Source of the DNA: Octopus bimaculoides
Lineage: Eukaryota
Assembly: GCF_001194135.2 (NCBI RefSeq)
Contig: NC_068982.1
Span: 102,177,029 to 102,241,028, forward strand
Direction: 5' to 3'
DNA: 64,000 nucleotides
Program-made: the position numbers and the translations under genes
The notes under the pieces: generated by a model
Seen by the model: the letters and a program-made list of their open reading frames with translations, nothing else
The model's database searches: none
What the model was told of the DNA's origin: nothing
Shown here: positions 1 to 13,284 of the stretch, in pieces
Layout: each line of letters starts with the position of its first letter
Position numbering within the stretch: the stretch's first letter is position 1

Positions 1-245
1 ATTGTTTTCGCAAGTCGGACTGTTCTCTATGGGAAAGCTTAAAAACATTGGTATACTAAATTACTACAGCATATGTGAACGCTAGTCTATAAGGAACAGA
101 TTTTTACGACTAGTGGTGGAAATGTTTGGAATAAAACACTCGTTGTCATTCAGTGTAAAGTTAATTACAAACCAAACGGAAAAAAAAAAAATAAACATAT
201 CCAGTTAAAAACGGGAACAATTAAAATTCAAAGAACCTAAGTAAA

Positions 246-408
246 GGCACAGACATGGCTTTATGGTTATGAAGTTTGCTTTGCAATCACATGGTTTGCG
301 GTTCAATCCCACTGCGCGGCATTTTAGTCGAGTGTCTACTACTATAGCTCTGGACCGACCAATGCCTTCTGAGCGAATTTGGTAGACGGAAATTCAGTGG
401 AGTTCTTC

Positions 409-410
<2 letters not shown>
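246..410 (+). mobile_element. SINE family A, 5' half (tRNA-derived head), running into (TA)n and an assembly gap
   Basis: A-box-like TGGCTTTATGG and B-box-like GGTTCAATCCC; colinear with the full copy at 12860-13284. Confidence 0.85.
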
Positions 411-458
<48 letters not shown>

Positions 459-993
459 NNNNNNNNNNNNNNNNNNNNNNNNNNNNNNNNNNNNNNNNNN
501 NNNNNNNNNNNNNNNNNNNNNNNNNNNNNNNNNNNNNNNNNNNNNNNNNNNNNNNNNNNNNNNNNNNNNNNNNNNTGTGTGTGTGTGTGTGTGTGTGTGT
601 ATTTACACTGATTTTCAAAGAGTTGAAATAGATAAACGTGGCTTATGTCGCAGCTGCCTTGCTTCTGACGAGTATTTGAGGCAATATGTTCGGAGACAAG
701 ATCAGGTTAGATGGGTGCTGATGAAGTTACAAAAGACCCCAGAATATGGCATCTACATTTATTAGCCAATTTTGTCTCTAGTCTCATTGTTTCTTTACAC
801 CTGACGTCTCGATACGAAATGTTGTAGCAAAAAATCAGTGCTGGCTAGAATTTTTGTAGAAATAACCTGAACAAAATAATGTAAAGAGCACTGTTAACGC
901 AGTAGAACGTGATGTGGTCTCATAAAAACAGTCAAAATACCTTATAATATGTTATGGTTGCATAACGAAATATCACGTGCATACAAGTCATTA

Positions 994-1024
<31 letters not shown>

Positions 1025-1764
1025 TGTATGTATGTATGTATAACTTATTTGACGCCATTATTGCCTATCGAGGTTCATTAGTTAGCACAAAATATGGAAT
1101 AAGATAATCTTGAGAAAATAATCCAAAGACACTTACGGCATGCGTTTGGAAATTTAAATGAAGGCGAGATTTATGAAGGTTGTACACAAAAAAGAATATT
1201 TGGAATTTCCATGTGCGAAAGAGAAATGCAGCAAATTCCAAGTGATAATTGTTAGAACTCTGAATTAAGGAGAGAGGTCTTCAAGAAACTTGCAACAATC
1301 ACTTGACTGGGTTAGCATGAGTGGCGAAAGAGCATTCTGTATTTTGTTTAGAAATAAGGGGCAACTATAATTTATTTTTATCTTATATTGATCTCTGTAT
1401 CATATTATTTTTTAACGTACCTGCAGATTTATGCGAGGCAATTTTACATGTACAGTTTGCCTAATTAAAACTTAAACGAACTGACATACAATAACCCAAA
1501 CGAGGAACTGAATTCGTAAAATTAAGATAATATGAGCGGTATCTAATGCAAGATACCTGATTTGAACAGCATCATCCAAATAAGATCACGCTGTTTTCCT
1601 CCAAGCATGCTTATTTAACCATGAATTTCGTTTTTAAAAATGTTTCTTCTTTTTTTCCTAATAATTGCCGTTAATCTTTTTTTTTTTCTAATGTCTTAGA
1701 GGCAAATTTGCAATAAATTATGAATTTCTTATGTTAGGCATTCGTTAAGCGCTACTTTCCTTAG

Positions 1765-1838
<74 letters not shown>

Positions 1839-2295
1839 GTCCATGTTTAGTTATATATTCAGTCTCAAGAAATTTAGGTCTACTAATTCCATCTTTTAGT
1901 TATATTTAATTCTTCTGATAAAGTTGTTTTGTGTATTGGAATATCAGCTTTGTGTTATTATTATGCTATTATGATGTTACATTATTCGTAGATCTACTGC
2001 AAGTGATATTACCATTGTGGTACGTCATACTAGATACGATTATACTAGTTATTATTATTACTTACTTGTATATTTGCAATGTATTTATGTTTGGAATATC
2101 GAGTGGAGGAGTTGCGTGGTGTATTAATAAGTTGTGTTTGTTTCGCAAGAAGAAAATTTTACATTTGCCTCATTTAGAAACTCGTTACACAACCAGTATA
2201 GAATGATTCACGTGGAGTTCTTCAGTTAACTTTCAGTTTTTATAGTTATATAATCTTCACATTTACAATCATAAAAGCATCTGTTAACTAGATAC

Positions 2296-2590
2296 TTATA
2301 TATATATATATATACAAGGAGAGAGAGAGTGAGAGAGAGAATGAGAGAGAAAGAGAGAGACAGAGAGATACAGAGAGAGACAGAGAGACAGAGAGAGACA
2401 GAGAGACAGAGATAGATAGAGAGACAGAGAGACAGAGAGAGACAGAGAGACAAAGAGAGACAGAGAGACAGAGAGACAGAGAGACAGAGAGAGACAGAGA
2501 GACAGAGAGAGACAGAGAGACAGAGAGAGACAGAGAGACAGAGAGAGAGGGTGAGAGAAAGTGAGACAGATAGATAGACAGACAGTCAGA
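2296..2590. repeat. Compound (TA)n/(GA)n/(GACA)n microsatellite
   Basis: Directly visible simple repeat. Confidence 0.95.
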
Positions 2591-3064
2591 CAGGCGTAAC
2601 TTATGTTAAAAGGACCCATAAATATGGCTGTGTTTATGCGTGTGTGTCCGTGTGTGTGTGTGTGATTCTTGCGTTCCGGCTACCTCGGGTAACGGAATTT
2701 CAAGCTTACATAAATTGTAAATTATGACCACTAATTTCGAGACACGGTCTGTAATTTTGACTTTACAAAGTTAGAATTGAATTCAAAATTTAAACCTATG
2801 TCTTATCCAAAATGATGGCTTTTAGTGATTTCGCTAAGATTATAATTTACAATTTGAAAAACTAAAATCTCGATATGCACATGTACATGCATATATGTGT
2901 GTAAGTGTTTTTTATATATTTTGAGGGTCATAAAGTGTAGCTGTCTAAAACTTCATGTGTGCGGTGGACGGGGCGTGTGTTTGCACGCAAGTGCGCGCGT
3001 CTAAATCATTTTTCATCCACCTCTCTCCGCACACATACACAATCTATCAACACTACAGCCAAAA

Positions 3065-3285
3065 CAGTAATCCCTCGACTATCGCGGATGTTACGTTTCA
3101 CCCCACGCCCTGCGATAGGTGAAAATCCGCGTAGAAACACTACTGTACAGTATATTTTTTTAATTATTTTTATAATTTGTATATATTTATTTCATTATAA
3201 ATACAAAACAACACCACGGTGGAATCGACGTAAGCTTAAATAATAAACCGCGCTAGGTGAACCGCGATAAAGCGAGGGATTAATG
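3065..3285. mobile_element. Tigger/pogo-type MITE
   Basis: TIRs CAGTAATCCCTCGACTATCGCGG and CCGCGATAAAGCGAGGGATTAATG; TA TSD not preserved. Confidence 0.7.
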
Positions 3286-4369
3286 AACAACAACTGCCAT
3301 TACCAACCAACCCACCAGCTCGGTAAAGACCAGACCAACAACAAGTACAAAATTAGCAACTTCATCTAAAATAAAAGACAATGATATAAGCTATTGTGGT
3401 GCCCTAGTGTATTTTAAAAGTTGAATGAAATTTGTTTGATCTGAGATCAAAGAGGAATAACTTGAGACAAAACAACAACAATAACAATACAGTTATCAAA
3501 AACAATATGAACACCTCTACCACCAAATATACTCGCCATCGTCACCATGACTTTCATCACCATCACTAACGGCTTCGTAACACCAATACACCGCACACTA
3601 CCACCACATTCTATCCACTAACTTTTTAATAACATACTGACAGCAACAATACTAGTATCAACGCGAAAGTAATGCCTGTAGCTATATGTTGTATGCCAAC
3701 ACAATTGAGTGTGTATATATGTGTGTATGTGCAACAGAGAGGGTAGATGGTGGAAGTTTTATTATTTATGTCATAGTTGTAAATGTTGAAGTGCTCAGGA
3801 ACCGAGTAACCGTTCAAGTAACTATAGTCATTCAGTACTCACTTCTATCTCACTCTATCGCATTCTTAATTCCATTGTTATACCCATAGGAATAACACAA
3901 GTTTTTGGCTTTTACAAAACATTGCTTTCTAGTCATTACTTTTTTTACAATATTTGTTGTGTATAATTACTGATTGATGCCACTGATGGATTTACCTACA
4001 AGATGCCTGGGAATATCCGTGAAATGGAACAAAAAGCAGTATGGCAAGAAGGAACCTTAAATGGATTATACTGGATATCAGATTTGATATTTTTAAAAGG
4101 TTTGATATGGGAGATAATAGTTACAATGCGTGACAACAGAGAGAAAATCGAGTACTCAATAGAGTATTTTGTTAACTGTTCTGAGTTTATTTTTTCATGG
4201 ACTTAGGATGATGCTTAAAATCGAACGCTTCTTGAGTGTATGCATAGACAATAAGGCTCGATATAATGTGCAATAAGCAATATGATAATTGAAGAGGAGC
4301 CCAATATTTGTCTGAGTATTTGTAGAAAAATTTAAAGTGATATTTCTAATGAGTAACATTTTCTTATTG

Positions 4370-4870
4370 GAAATGCTAAAGAAGCGCTTGAATCTGCACA
4401 ACACAAAAACGACTAGTGAAGCTACCTCAACGAATACGAACACTGCAACAGATTAACATCAGCAGTTGAGGAAAATGATTACTGGAGTGGTGCTTCACAC
4501 CAAAGCAAATACACAATGTTCATAAAACCTCCTTTTTCTGGAAGCGCATGCTTGCTAGAATTTTTTATTTTCCAAGAACAATCAACACCAGGTTTGAAAG
4601 TTTCCAAATGTCGTTTGAACATTTTTTCGGGAGGAAATGCCGCTGGTAGTATGAAATTAAAGCTTCTACTCATGCATCGCTCCAAACATCCAAAAATTTT
4701 AAAGGATTACAGAAAATCGAAACGCCCTCTGATTTGACTATCAAATATGAAGGCAAAGATGAAAAAGAGGTTACAAACCTTTTTTATCCTACTTTACTGA
4801 GGTACAGTGTCAAACTAAATATTTACAACATACCGTTGCTCCTTTTAGGCAATGCACCAGGCTCCATCCA
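4370..4870 (+). mobile_element. pogo/Tigger DDE transposase relic
   Basis: Frameshifted FWKRMLAR..FQEQSTPGLKVSKCRLNIFSGGNAAGSMKLKLLLMHRSKHP..LLLGNAPG, matching Tigger motifs SKDRLTLLLGGNAAGD and LLLDNAPGHP. Confidence 0.8.
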
Positions 4871-5983
4871 ATGATTCAAAATGTGGCAACTAACTTCAGG
4901 TAATGAGAAGAACTCGGAAACAACTTACAAAAGCAATTCATATGGAAGCTAAACCTACAGATCGATACAACTAAAAGAAATATTATGGATGCTGTGGATA
5001 AAATGGCTGAGTATGAAGTAAAACAAACACATACCCTCCCACACAGAGACACGCAATATACAATCACACATACATACACACACACACATATATATATGTG
5101 TGTGTGCGTGTGTGAGACTATGTGTAAGGTTATGTTAAATCAAGTTTAAGAATAACGACGGCACATTTACTGATAGTGTGACTATATAATGAGATTAGAG
5201 TCAAATGTATTATAAAGATCAAGTTGACTGGGACTCCAAGTTTCGCCTATTTGTTCGTCCAGTCTGTATATATAGTTGTCCACCATTTATTTTATTAAGA
5301 CTAGTGATATCATCAAAAGTTTGGTCTTTAATTATATGAAATTAATATTATTACTTTAATAAAGAAGTAAAAATATGAAAATTTCCAGACGGAACATCCA
5401 AAGCTAATCAAACTAAATATAACTAAATATAATCGTTAAAATATCAGCGGCGACATTAAGTTCAAGGAATTGATTTCCACGTGCGTTTGAAGCTCACAAG
5501 TCTCTCGTTGATGAATAGAATATTTTTTTCAATATCTTTTTCTTCCCCTTTCTTTTATTTTCATACAAGCCTTGATGTTTTTCTAACATCTTGCTCTTTA
5601 CTCAGAATATTATTATTATTATTACAGCAAATGAAATCTGTCTTACGTTCCCGTCATATTAACACGATATTCAGAAATAGCATTTGAATTCTCACCAAAA
5701 GATTATTTTCATTTGTCGATCATGACGCATGTGCTAGTATGTACCGAGGAGAGATGTCAAAATTCACTAGACCACATGCAAAGTATTTCATATGCGTTTT
5801 ATGCGAATGTTCATTTCTTGAGAAAGTTTCTTGAGATTTAGTTCTTTATGAACCTCTGATGTCACACCAGTTGATTAGATTTTCTTCACGTGATATTATG
5901 GATTTCGGTATTAACCAAACAATTTAACAAGTTGTCAACACCACAGAGATCGCAGCACCAGAGCTTCACCTATTTGTTCTCCC

Positions 5984-6041
<58 letters not shown>

Positions 6042-6572
6042 NNNNNNNNNNNNNNNNNNNNNNNNNNNNNNNNNNNNNNNNNNNNNNNNNNNNNNNNNNN
6101 NNNNNNNNNNNNNNNNNNNNNNNNNNNNNNNNNNNNNNNNNNNNNNNNNNNNNNNNNNNNNNNNNNNNNNNNNNNNNNNNNNNNNNNNNNNNNNNNNNNN
6201 NNNNNNNNNNNNNNNNNNNNNNNNNNNNNNNNNNNNNNNNNNNNNNNNNNNNNNNNNNNNNNNNNNNNNNNNNNNNNNNNNNNNNNNNNNNNNNNNNNNN
6301 NNNNNNNNNNNNNNNNNNNNNNNNNNNNNNNNNNNNNNNNNNNNNNNNNNNNNNNNNNNNNNNNNNNNNNNNNNNNNNNNNNNNNNNNNNNNNNNNNNNN
6401 NNNNNNNNNNNNNNNNNNNNNNNNNNNNNNNNNNNNNNNNNNNNNNNNNNNNNNNNNNNNNNNNNNNNNNNNNNNNNNNNNNNNNNNNNNNNNNNNNNNN
6501 NNNNNNNNNNNNNNNNNNNNNNNNNNNNNNNNNNNNNNNNNNNNNNNNNNNNNNNNATATATATATATATAA

Positions 6573-6734
6573 GACGGGAGTTTTTCAGTTTCCGTCCACC
6601 AAAACCACTCACAAGGCTTGGTCGACTGAGGCTACAGTGGCATTCACTTGCCCAAGTGCCACGTAGTGGGAATGAACCCGGAACCGTGTAGTTGAGAAGC
6701 AAGTTTCTTACCACACAGCCATGTCTGCGCCTAT
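6573..6734 (-). mobile_element. SINE family A, 5' half
   Basis: Reverse complement of the 12860 head, ending at internal (TA)n and a gap. Confidence 0.9.
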
Positions 6735-7599
6735 GGAAAAAAGGAACGTCACCTATGCCTATAATTATACATATATATCCGTGTACCTGTCTGTGTATGC
6801 ATATGGATTTATACATACACATGAACGTGTTTTGTGTTTTTGATGGCATTTTGTGTCAGTAGTTATTTAAATTTCAGCCAGCTCTCGAATAAATTTATAA
6901 TCAGTAGTGCTCACAAAAGAAGTGGACGTAAAATCTCTTACTCAGACATTTTATCAGAGTTGTTCCGTTGTGGAAGTGTGGTCCTCAACAGATTTTGTCA
7001 ATAGTGTCAGGCTTGAATGATTAGACAGTATACAGATATCAGCAACTTATAGTAATAGTTTAATTCAATATAATTATGTACGGTTTGAAACAGAAAAGCA
7101 GAAGCACAACAATATTATCAGATCAGGCTTCAACTAACACGTTTAAATTGATACAGCTTAAATATTACAGACATCGGACTTTATCTAAAATGTCAAAAAG
7201 TGTGTTTATTGCATAGAAACTTAAATCCAGGAGATATTTTCAAGAAATGGTTTAGGAATAACTTCTTGCGTGGTAAAATAAATAGATATTATTTCTGTAA
7301 ACTGAAGTGGGGAATTGGTAGAATAATTACAGCACCAAATACCTTGCGGTATTTCTTATGCCCTGTACGTTCTGAGTGTATCGATTAACCCTCCCTTCTC
7401 AAAATTTCTCGTTTTGCTCCTAATTTATAAATCATAATTTCTGTAACCTACACTAACATCGAATTGCTACCAATTTCCTTGAAATTAGTAGTCTGAAATG
7501 AAGAAATTTTGTCAATGTTACACCTGATGATGCATTTGTCATGTTTGGTTGAAGAATTAGCGTCTAAACTTCTACGAAATTTCCATCGGTAACCGGAGT

Positions 7600-8260
7600 T
7601 CTTAGCTTTATTCACAGGGTGTCATTGTTATTTAAAATATTTCATGTGCTACTGACTTATTGTTACTATGTTACACGTCTCTTCGGTGGTAATTAGGAGG
7701 AAGAGTGGTAGAAAAATTTAAAGCTTATATACCTTGCGGATGAATGCAGAATCTCGAATAAACTGAATATTCAACTCCAAGAGAAGGTACAAATTTATTC
7801 AAGGTATAATCAAAGCGTTTCTTGGAATTTAAAATTATGGATTGTGAAAGTTGAAGATAATAATTTGGTTCAATGTCCATATCTTAATGCAAATCCCAGA
7901 GAAAAGGAGGTTTTTCGAATTTAAATTATCGATCATCTCTAAAACTACTGAATTCAACGTTGTTTTCGCAAAACTAGCATGACAATGGATGAAATATCCT
8001 CCCTCAAGAATCTTTCCTTCAAATGTGAACACATTTTCAGGAAATTTGCAGGAGGATATTTAGATAATTAAAATGATTTGGTGGCTCAGAATATGTTCAA
8101 ACAATCCACCATGTTAACATTGTGGGTGAGTATGTACGTGAGCAACAAAAATCTCTCGTCAAATGCATAAAAATTTCTTCCATTTGCATCAATTTACATA
8201 CTTGAGGCAAATTAAATCTAAACAGTGAAATCGCCTTGCAATTGAGAATAATGTTTGTTG
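7600..8260 (+). mobile_element. hAT (Buster/Charlie-like) transposase relic
   Basis: FIHR; LLCYTSLRW*LGGRVVEKF (cf. EVRWLSRG); YLAD..NKLNIQLQ..LKLWIVKVEDNN; LPFASIYILEA (cf. LPFPSTYLCE). Confidence 0.7.
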
Positions 8261-8549
8261 TGCACACTCAAGGCCTGTTTCAATCATGGAAACTCTTGTC
8301 ACACTCGTCGATGGTAATGATTTCAAAGTTCATTTATCATTGATTTCTAACACTAGTAATGCATAATATTCTGATAGAGAAGTGCTAACTTCTGTTTTCT
8401 TATAAATACAATGACAAAAATTATTGATATCTCTTTTTTTCATAAAACTATGAGATAAAAACATTGAAGTTTATACATATAACAGGAGGATGCACGTAGG
8501 AGAGAAGACTCGCTCAAGAGGTCACAGATGTATGGGTAGGATTTATTTT

Positions 8550-8890
8550 GAACTCTGTATTTATTTTGAACTCTGTATTTATTGGCCGGAACTTATCAAC
8601 GGCATCCTCCTTATTCGGATTATTTCCCAGTAGCACTATCACTTCCTGGTTCACAGAATTTGAAATGCTTCTGTTCTGTGGCAAATTTCAAAATATCTTA
8701 CCAGGTCAGCTCCAAAATATCTGCTATGTAAGTGTAAAGCGCGTAAGACAGACAAACCAAACCTGCTGATTTGGTTCTCGTACAACAACTTACTTCAATT
8801 TGGAACTAAGTTGCATTTATCGACTCGCCATGGAACTTTGCGTCTTCAGTCGAGAATACTACAGGCGGTCGAGGCAGGCATTTAAAGTTT
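8550..8890 (-). mobile_element. Tx1/L1-clade RT N-terminal fragment, related to the 28-30 kb element
   Basis: CTRTKSAGLVCLSYALY..VIVLLGNNPNKEDAVDKFRPI..NTEFKI parallels CTRGKSPRLDGLPYELY..VALLKKDPNKRNCIDSYRPI at 28125. Confidence 0.75.
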
Positions 8891-9355
8891 TAACCCTTAT
8901 GTTATAGCATCTGCCTCGAAGAGTAGAGCAAAACACTGCGGTAAAGCTGACAGTGTTTAGAAACGTTTAATACATGTTTGTTCTGGTTCACTAAGGATAT
9001 AATTTGGTTTTGTTCTACGCAGATCTTTTGTCAGTCGCGGTCATTTAATGTATTTCGTTCCTTCTGATTTCTCAGTACATTCTTTAACGTTGAGAATGCA
9101 TTTTTTTTATGTCTCGCGTTAAAGAAATGTTTAAGAGCCATGTTCGCCACTACCTCACTGGTAGCGACGTCTTTCCTAATTACGTTCTTTTTTTTACTTC
9201 TAATGTACTTACTAAACCCCCCTCTAGACTAATTCCTTTTATTCCTAGTTTATTTTCTAAATTTATCGACTCTGTTCAAACACACTCTTCAGAGTTCCGT
9301 ACCAGTGTCTGTTGTCGAGTGACTCTGTCAATCACTGCTTAATTAATTTGCTAAT

Positions 9356-9492
9356 TTATTTCTTTTACTACCCACAAGGGGCTACACACAGAGGAGACAA
9401 ACAAGGACAGACAAACGGATTCAGTCGATTATATCGACCCCAGTGCATAACTGGTACTTATTTAATCGACCCCGAAAGGATGAAAGACAAAG
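9356..9492 (-). mobile_element. SINE family B1, 3' part
   Basis: Matches the 18541-18773 copy; adjoins an R4-like RT fragment. Confidence 0.9.
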
Positions 9493-9494
9493 TC

Positions 9495-9752
9495 TCTTTC
9501 CTTGTGAACCAGTGAGATATCCTTCAGTCTTCCTTAACATGAATGACAAGTGATTTACAGAAAGTATAAACATCACAAAGAGGTTGTCTCCTTGGAATAT
9601 GCCTTTGCGATACTGTATTCTATCGGTGATGATACAGTAACACTTTGTGTTTAATTTCAAGATGGTGGCCTACGATGAAGTCATGTCAGCTATGACTCAC
9701 TATTTTCACTGGAACGTTAGCAAGCTGAAGAGCTTTTGGGATACATGAGTAA
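9495..9752 (-). mobile_element. R4/Dong-like RT fragment (copy 2), starting at a (TACA)n array
   Basis: ITDRIQYRKGIFQGDNLFVMFILSVNHLSFML, an R4-type KGIFQGD motif. Confidence 0.75.
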
Positions 9753-9804
9753 ATGTATGTATGTATGTATGTATGTATGTATGTATGTATTTATGTATGT
9801 ATGT
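9753..9804. repeat. (TATG)n array between the two R4-like copies
   Basis: Directly visible. Confidence 0.95.
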
Positions 9805-10770
9805 ATATGTACAGATCTGTATGTTTTATGTATGTATGTATTCTCGTGCATATTACAGCATATCTAGACATGTTCATATATATTTAAATGATAATTTTCT
9901 GGAAAATTTTACAGATTTTTACAATTCCACTGATGAATTCGATCTGTAGTCTTCGAATTAGCTTTCTCCTTTCTGGTTATGAGAAACCTAATTTCTCAAG
10001 ATTGGTATTTAGTCAATGTGTTACATATTCCAGCGCCCCAATAATTACAGGTATAAACCTGAATTTGTAATCTGAATAGAGTAACTGCAGATTTCTCAAT
10101 AGTTCAGCGTAGGTGTTCTTTGTTTCAATGATCTTCAGCTTTACGTTAACATCCGCTGGGCGGCTAATTTCCACAACTGTGCACAGTTTCTCTTCTCCAT
10201 CCCAAATCATTATATCAGGTCTGTTGTGCCTACATTTTATTGAGGTCTTCTCTTGTACATTCCACCAGTACTCCTTTTTATTATGAGTGGCTATGGCTTC
10301 TACCATCTTGTGGGTTCTTTTTTGTCTTCAGGGTTATCCTTCCAACGGATTTCAGTATAGAGAGTTCTAGCTACAACATCATGTCCCCTCGGTAGATAAT
10401 ACCGTGATGACATTTTCGGACAACTGCTTATGATCTGGGTGATATCTTCGGTGTTAACTCTACAAAATCTGCATTGGTTGTCACATACTTTTCCTGCATC
10501 TCTATCCCTTTTGTGCATCAGGTACTTGGATGATATTTCCTGTTCCTGGATTGCAAACGCATACCTTTCAGAGTGGGAGGTATTGTTCCGGCCTACCTTC
10601 CAAGTCTTATGATGTTATCAGCCTCATGTATGCAAACTTGGTCAATGGTCTCATCTTTTAACTACAAAGTGTCGAAGTCCACTTCGACACTTGGTGGTTA
10701 AAAGATGTTGCCGAAAGGATATGACACGTCATTCGAAGGCATTTTGGATCGTTGTTAAGCCTCTGTCGCC

Positions 10771-10771
<1 letters not shown>
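9805..10771 (-). mobile_element. R4/Dong-like RLE retrotransposon, 5'-truncated 3' end (copy 1)
   Basis: CCHC-type knuckle CRFCRVNTEDITQIISSC; RLE motif HNRPDIMIWD..VVEIS; IPVIIGAL; ORF end then a 3' UTR grading into (ATAC)n. Confidence 0.85.
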
Positions 10772-10801
<30 letters not shown>

Positions 10802-10833
10802 TGTATGTATGTATGTATGTATGTGTGTGTGTG

Positions 10834-10866
<33 letters not shown>
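10772..10866. repeat. (TATG)n array at the 5' junction of R4-like copy 1
   Basis: Directly visible. Confidence 0.95.
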
Positions 10867-10868
<2 letters not shown>

Positions 10869-11514
10869 CTATTCCTATCTTATAAAATAATTGTATAGCG
10901 AAAAACTGTAGAGCGAGAAATATATATAAAAAATCGATATAGAGGGAAAGCAATAGAAAGGTAGAAAGACAAACACGAATATATTCAGCAAACAAAGAAA
11001 TAATCCGATAAACAGACACATACACACAGACAGGCCGGCAGGCAAGCAGACAGGCAGACAGACAAACAGATAAATAGACAGACAGACAGGCATACAGACG
11101 TGCAAGCAAGTGGACAGGTAGGCAGTAAGGCTGATAGAACAGAAAATGGAGACGTAAAGAATATGAGAATATTCAGTGCTGTGAAACAAGTGTGTGTGGC
11201 TGCTTAGCGTAGTGATATGAGTATAATTACACGAATCACTGACTAAGCAATAACTTTCTCTTTAGCAATAACCAGTGCAGTCACAAATCCTATAATTGTG
11301 GCAAGAAATTTTCAGAGTGGCGAGGAATAAGCTTTCATAAGGTAATTAAGGGTTCGGTTTTGGGGAAAGAATTAAAAATGCAACAAGTACCAATGTACGA
11401 AGTTCTGGATGGGCCGAGACAATAACTTGGTTTCGATGTGTGATTCGAACTATTTCATGCCAGTCATATAGCTAGTGTAGTTAGAAAAGATAAACTAAAG
11501 AGCGAACCATCAGA

Positions 11515-11690
11515 CATTCAGTGGAGCTACTTAAAATAACAGCCAAATATCCTACAACTTACACCCATTTTGAAATATATATATATAGTACTTATTGGAT
11601 GGTGTAGACCTAGATAAACCATGTCTGAATGAAAAATAGATTGGTCACGTGTGGAATGACTTTGAGCCAATTTCTAAGACCTTGACGTTA
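11515..11690 (+). mobile_element. Old SINE family C fragment
   Basis: AAATAACAGCCAAATATCC motif, with related sequence at 39790-39930, 43540-43600 (-) and 55090-55140 (-). Confidence 0.5.
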
Positions 11691-11804
11691 ATGTGCCACT
11701 GTGTTGATTGGAATGTCGCTGATTGGTATTCTGTCTCAGTAGTAAAGCTTGTGTATGGGCCTTAGCAATGAATGCGTAAAACTCACCGTTCTTGCTTAGC
11801 CTCA

Positions 11805-11960
11805 TCTCAGCTCTGATCCAGTAAATGTGTAATCAAAGGCATCCCAGCCGTGACCATCCCGTTTTTTTTTTAACAGCTAAGCTAGAACACTTAATGCCCA
11901 CTTTCTTTTATTTCAAGGGCGACTTCGTTGAACTTACCTCGTCAATTTCTAAAACGATGA
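11805..11960 (-). mobile_element. Old SINE family C fragment, inverted relative to the 11515 copy
   Basis: TCAAAGGCATCCCAGCCGTGACCATCCCG, with related sequence at 43050-43082 and 54940-54990. Confidence 0.55.
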
Positions 11961-12859
11961 GCCAAAAGGGGGTAATTGTGGGCTCATTTATACGATAAGA
12001 CAACAACAGGGAACGCTATATTTTCATTGTTGAGTAAAAATGTTCTTCTAGAAAAAATCTGCCTAAAATTTATTTAAAGTGTTCTCGTCCAAATATTACA
12101 TATTTTCGTTCTGAGTCCCTAGACGTCGTCAACAAACATAAACGTAGATCTTTGTATCATTGTAAGAGATCAGAAGTTTTTATTCTTTTATTTATTTCAA
12201 ATTTTGTACATCAGAATATGCTCCATTAGAAAAGTTTCAGTATCCATTTCGTTTATTGTAGTCATGATGTTGCCTTTTTTTTTTTACGTATATATTCCAG
12301 CTGTACCCTCATACTTAGAATGTTCACGGTAATTCACACCAAACTCGCTCGTAAAAGAAAACGCTTAGTAATATCTCATTAACTTCTCATTGTAAAATAT
12401 ATAACAGAGCCCGTAAGTTTAAGTATCCACACACCTCAGAGATTTTTACTCTGTGACGGTACATTTTCTATCTCCTGTAGGCACCATCTTTATTGAATAA
12501 ATAACCAAAAATAACAATAATAGAAGCGAATATTTCTCACGTAGATAAAGGAAGTCGAACACTTACAGGAAGATATAATTATATAATGAATTCTCGACAC
12601 TAGAAAGACGAAAAGCAACGTCAACCTGGACAGAAATATTGATTTCTTACCTAGGTACGAATCAAGTATTTTAAAGAAGGGGAAAAATCAATTAAATCGA
12701 ACTTGGTAGTTAGGTGACATTTATGATATAGATTCCAAAGAGAAAACTAAAGTCAATTATGCAGAATTTTTACTAGTTAATGTAAGGAAAGTGACAGTTT
12801 CTAGGGCTTTCACAGGCTTAGGAAAACACTGAGCCTGTTACTGCTCATTTTTAAACATA

Positions 12860-13284
12860 GGCTCAGGAGTGGCTGTGTGGTAAGTAGCTTGCTTACCAAC
12901 CACATGGTTCTGGGTTCAGTCCCACTTCGTGGCACCTTGAGCAAGTGTCTTCTACTATAGCCTCGGGCCGACCAAAGCCTTGTGAGTGGATTTGGTGGAC
13001 GGAAACTGAAAGAAGCATGTCGTATATATGTATATATATTTATATATGTGTATGTGTGTGTATATGCTTGTGTGTCTGTGTTTGTCCCCCCAACATCGTT
13101 TGACAACCAATGCTGGTGTGTTTATGTCCCCGTAACTTAGCGACTCGGCAAAAGAGACCGATAGAATAAGTTCTAGGCTTACAAAGAATAAGTCCTGGGG
13201 TCGCTTTGCTCGACTAAAGGCGGTGCTCCAGCATGGCCGCAGTCAAATGACTGAAACAAGTAAAAAAGTAAAAGAGTAAAAGAG
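12860..13284 (+). mobile_element. SINE family A, full length, with internal (TA)/(TG) microsatellite
   Basis: A box TGGCTGTGTGG, B box GGGTTCAGTCCC, central microsatellite, 3' (GTAAAAGA)n tail; many copies in the window. Confidence 0.95.

Noticed and set aside
246-330. tRNA-like A/B boxes in SINE heads
   Set aside because: No cloverleaf; they continue into SINE bodies, so they are not tRNA genes
1930-2190. Possible solo LTR (TG...CA)
   Set aside because: No matching TSD and no second copy
2960-3005. CpG-rich GC-box-like patch as a promoter
   Set aside because: Short, TG-repeat-like and next to a MITE, with no splice or initiator support
5890-6849. Long ORFs in the track (also 26395-27483, 34314-35039, 37408-38343, 53507-54037)
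   Set aside because: They are open only because they cross N gaps and dinucleotide repeats
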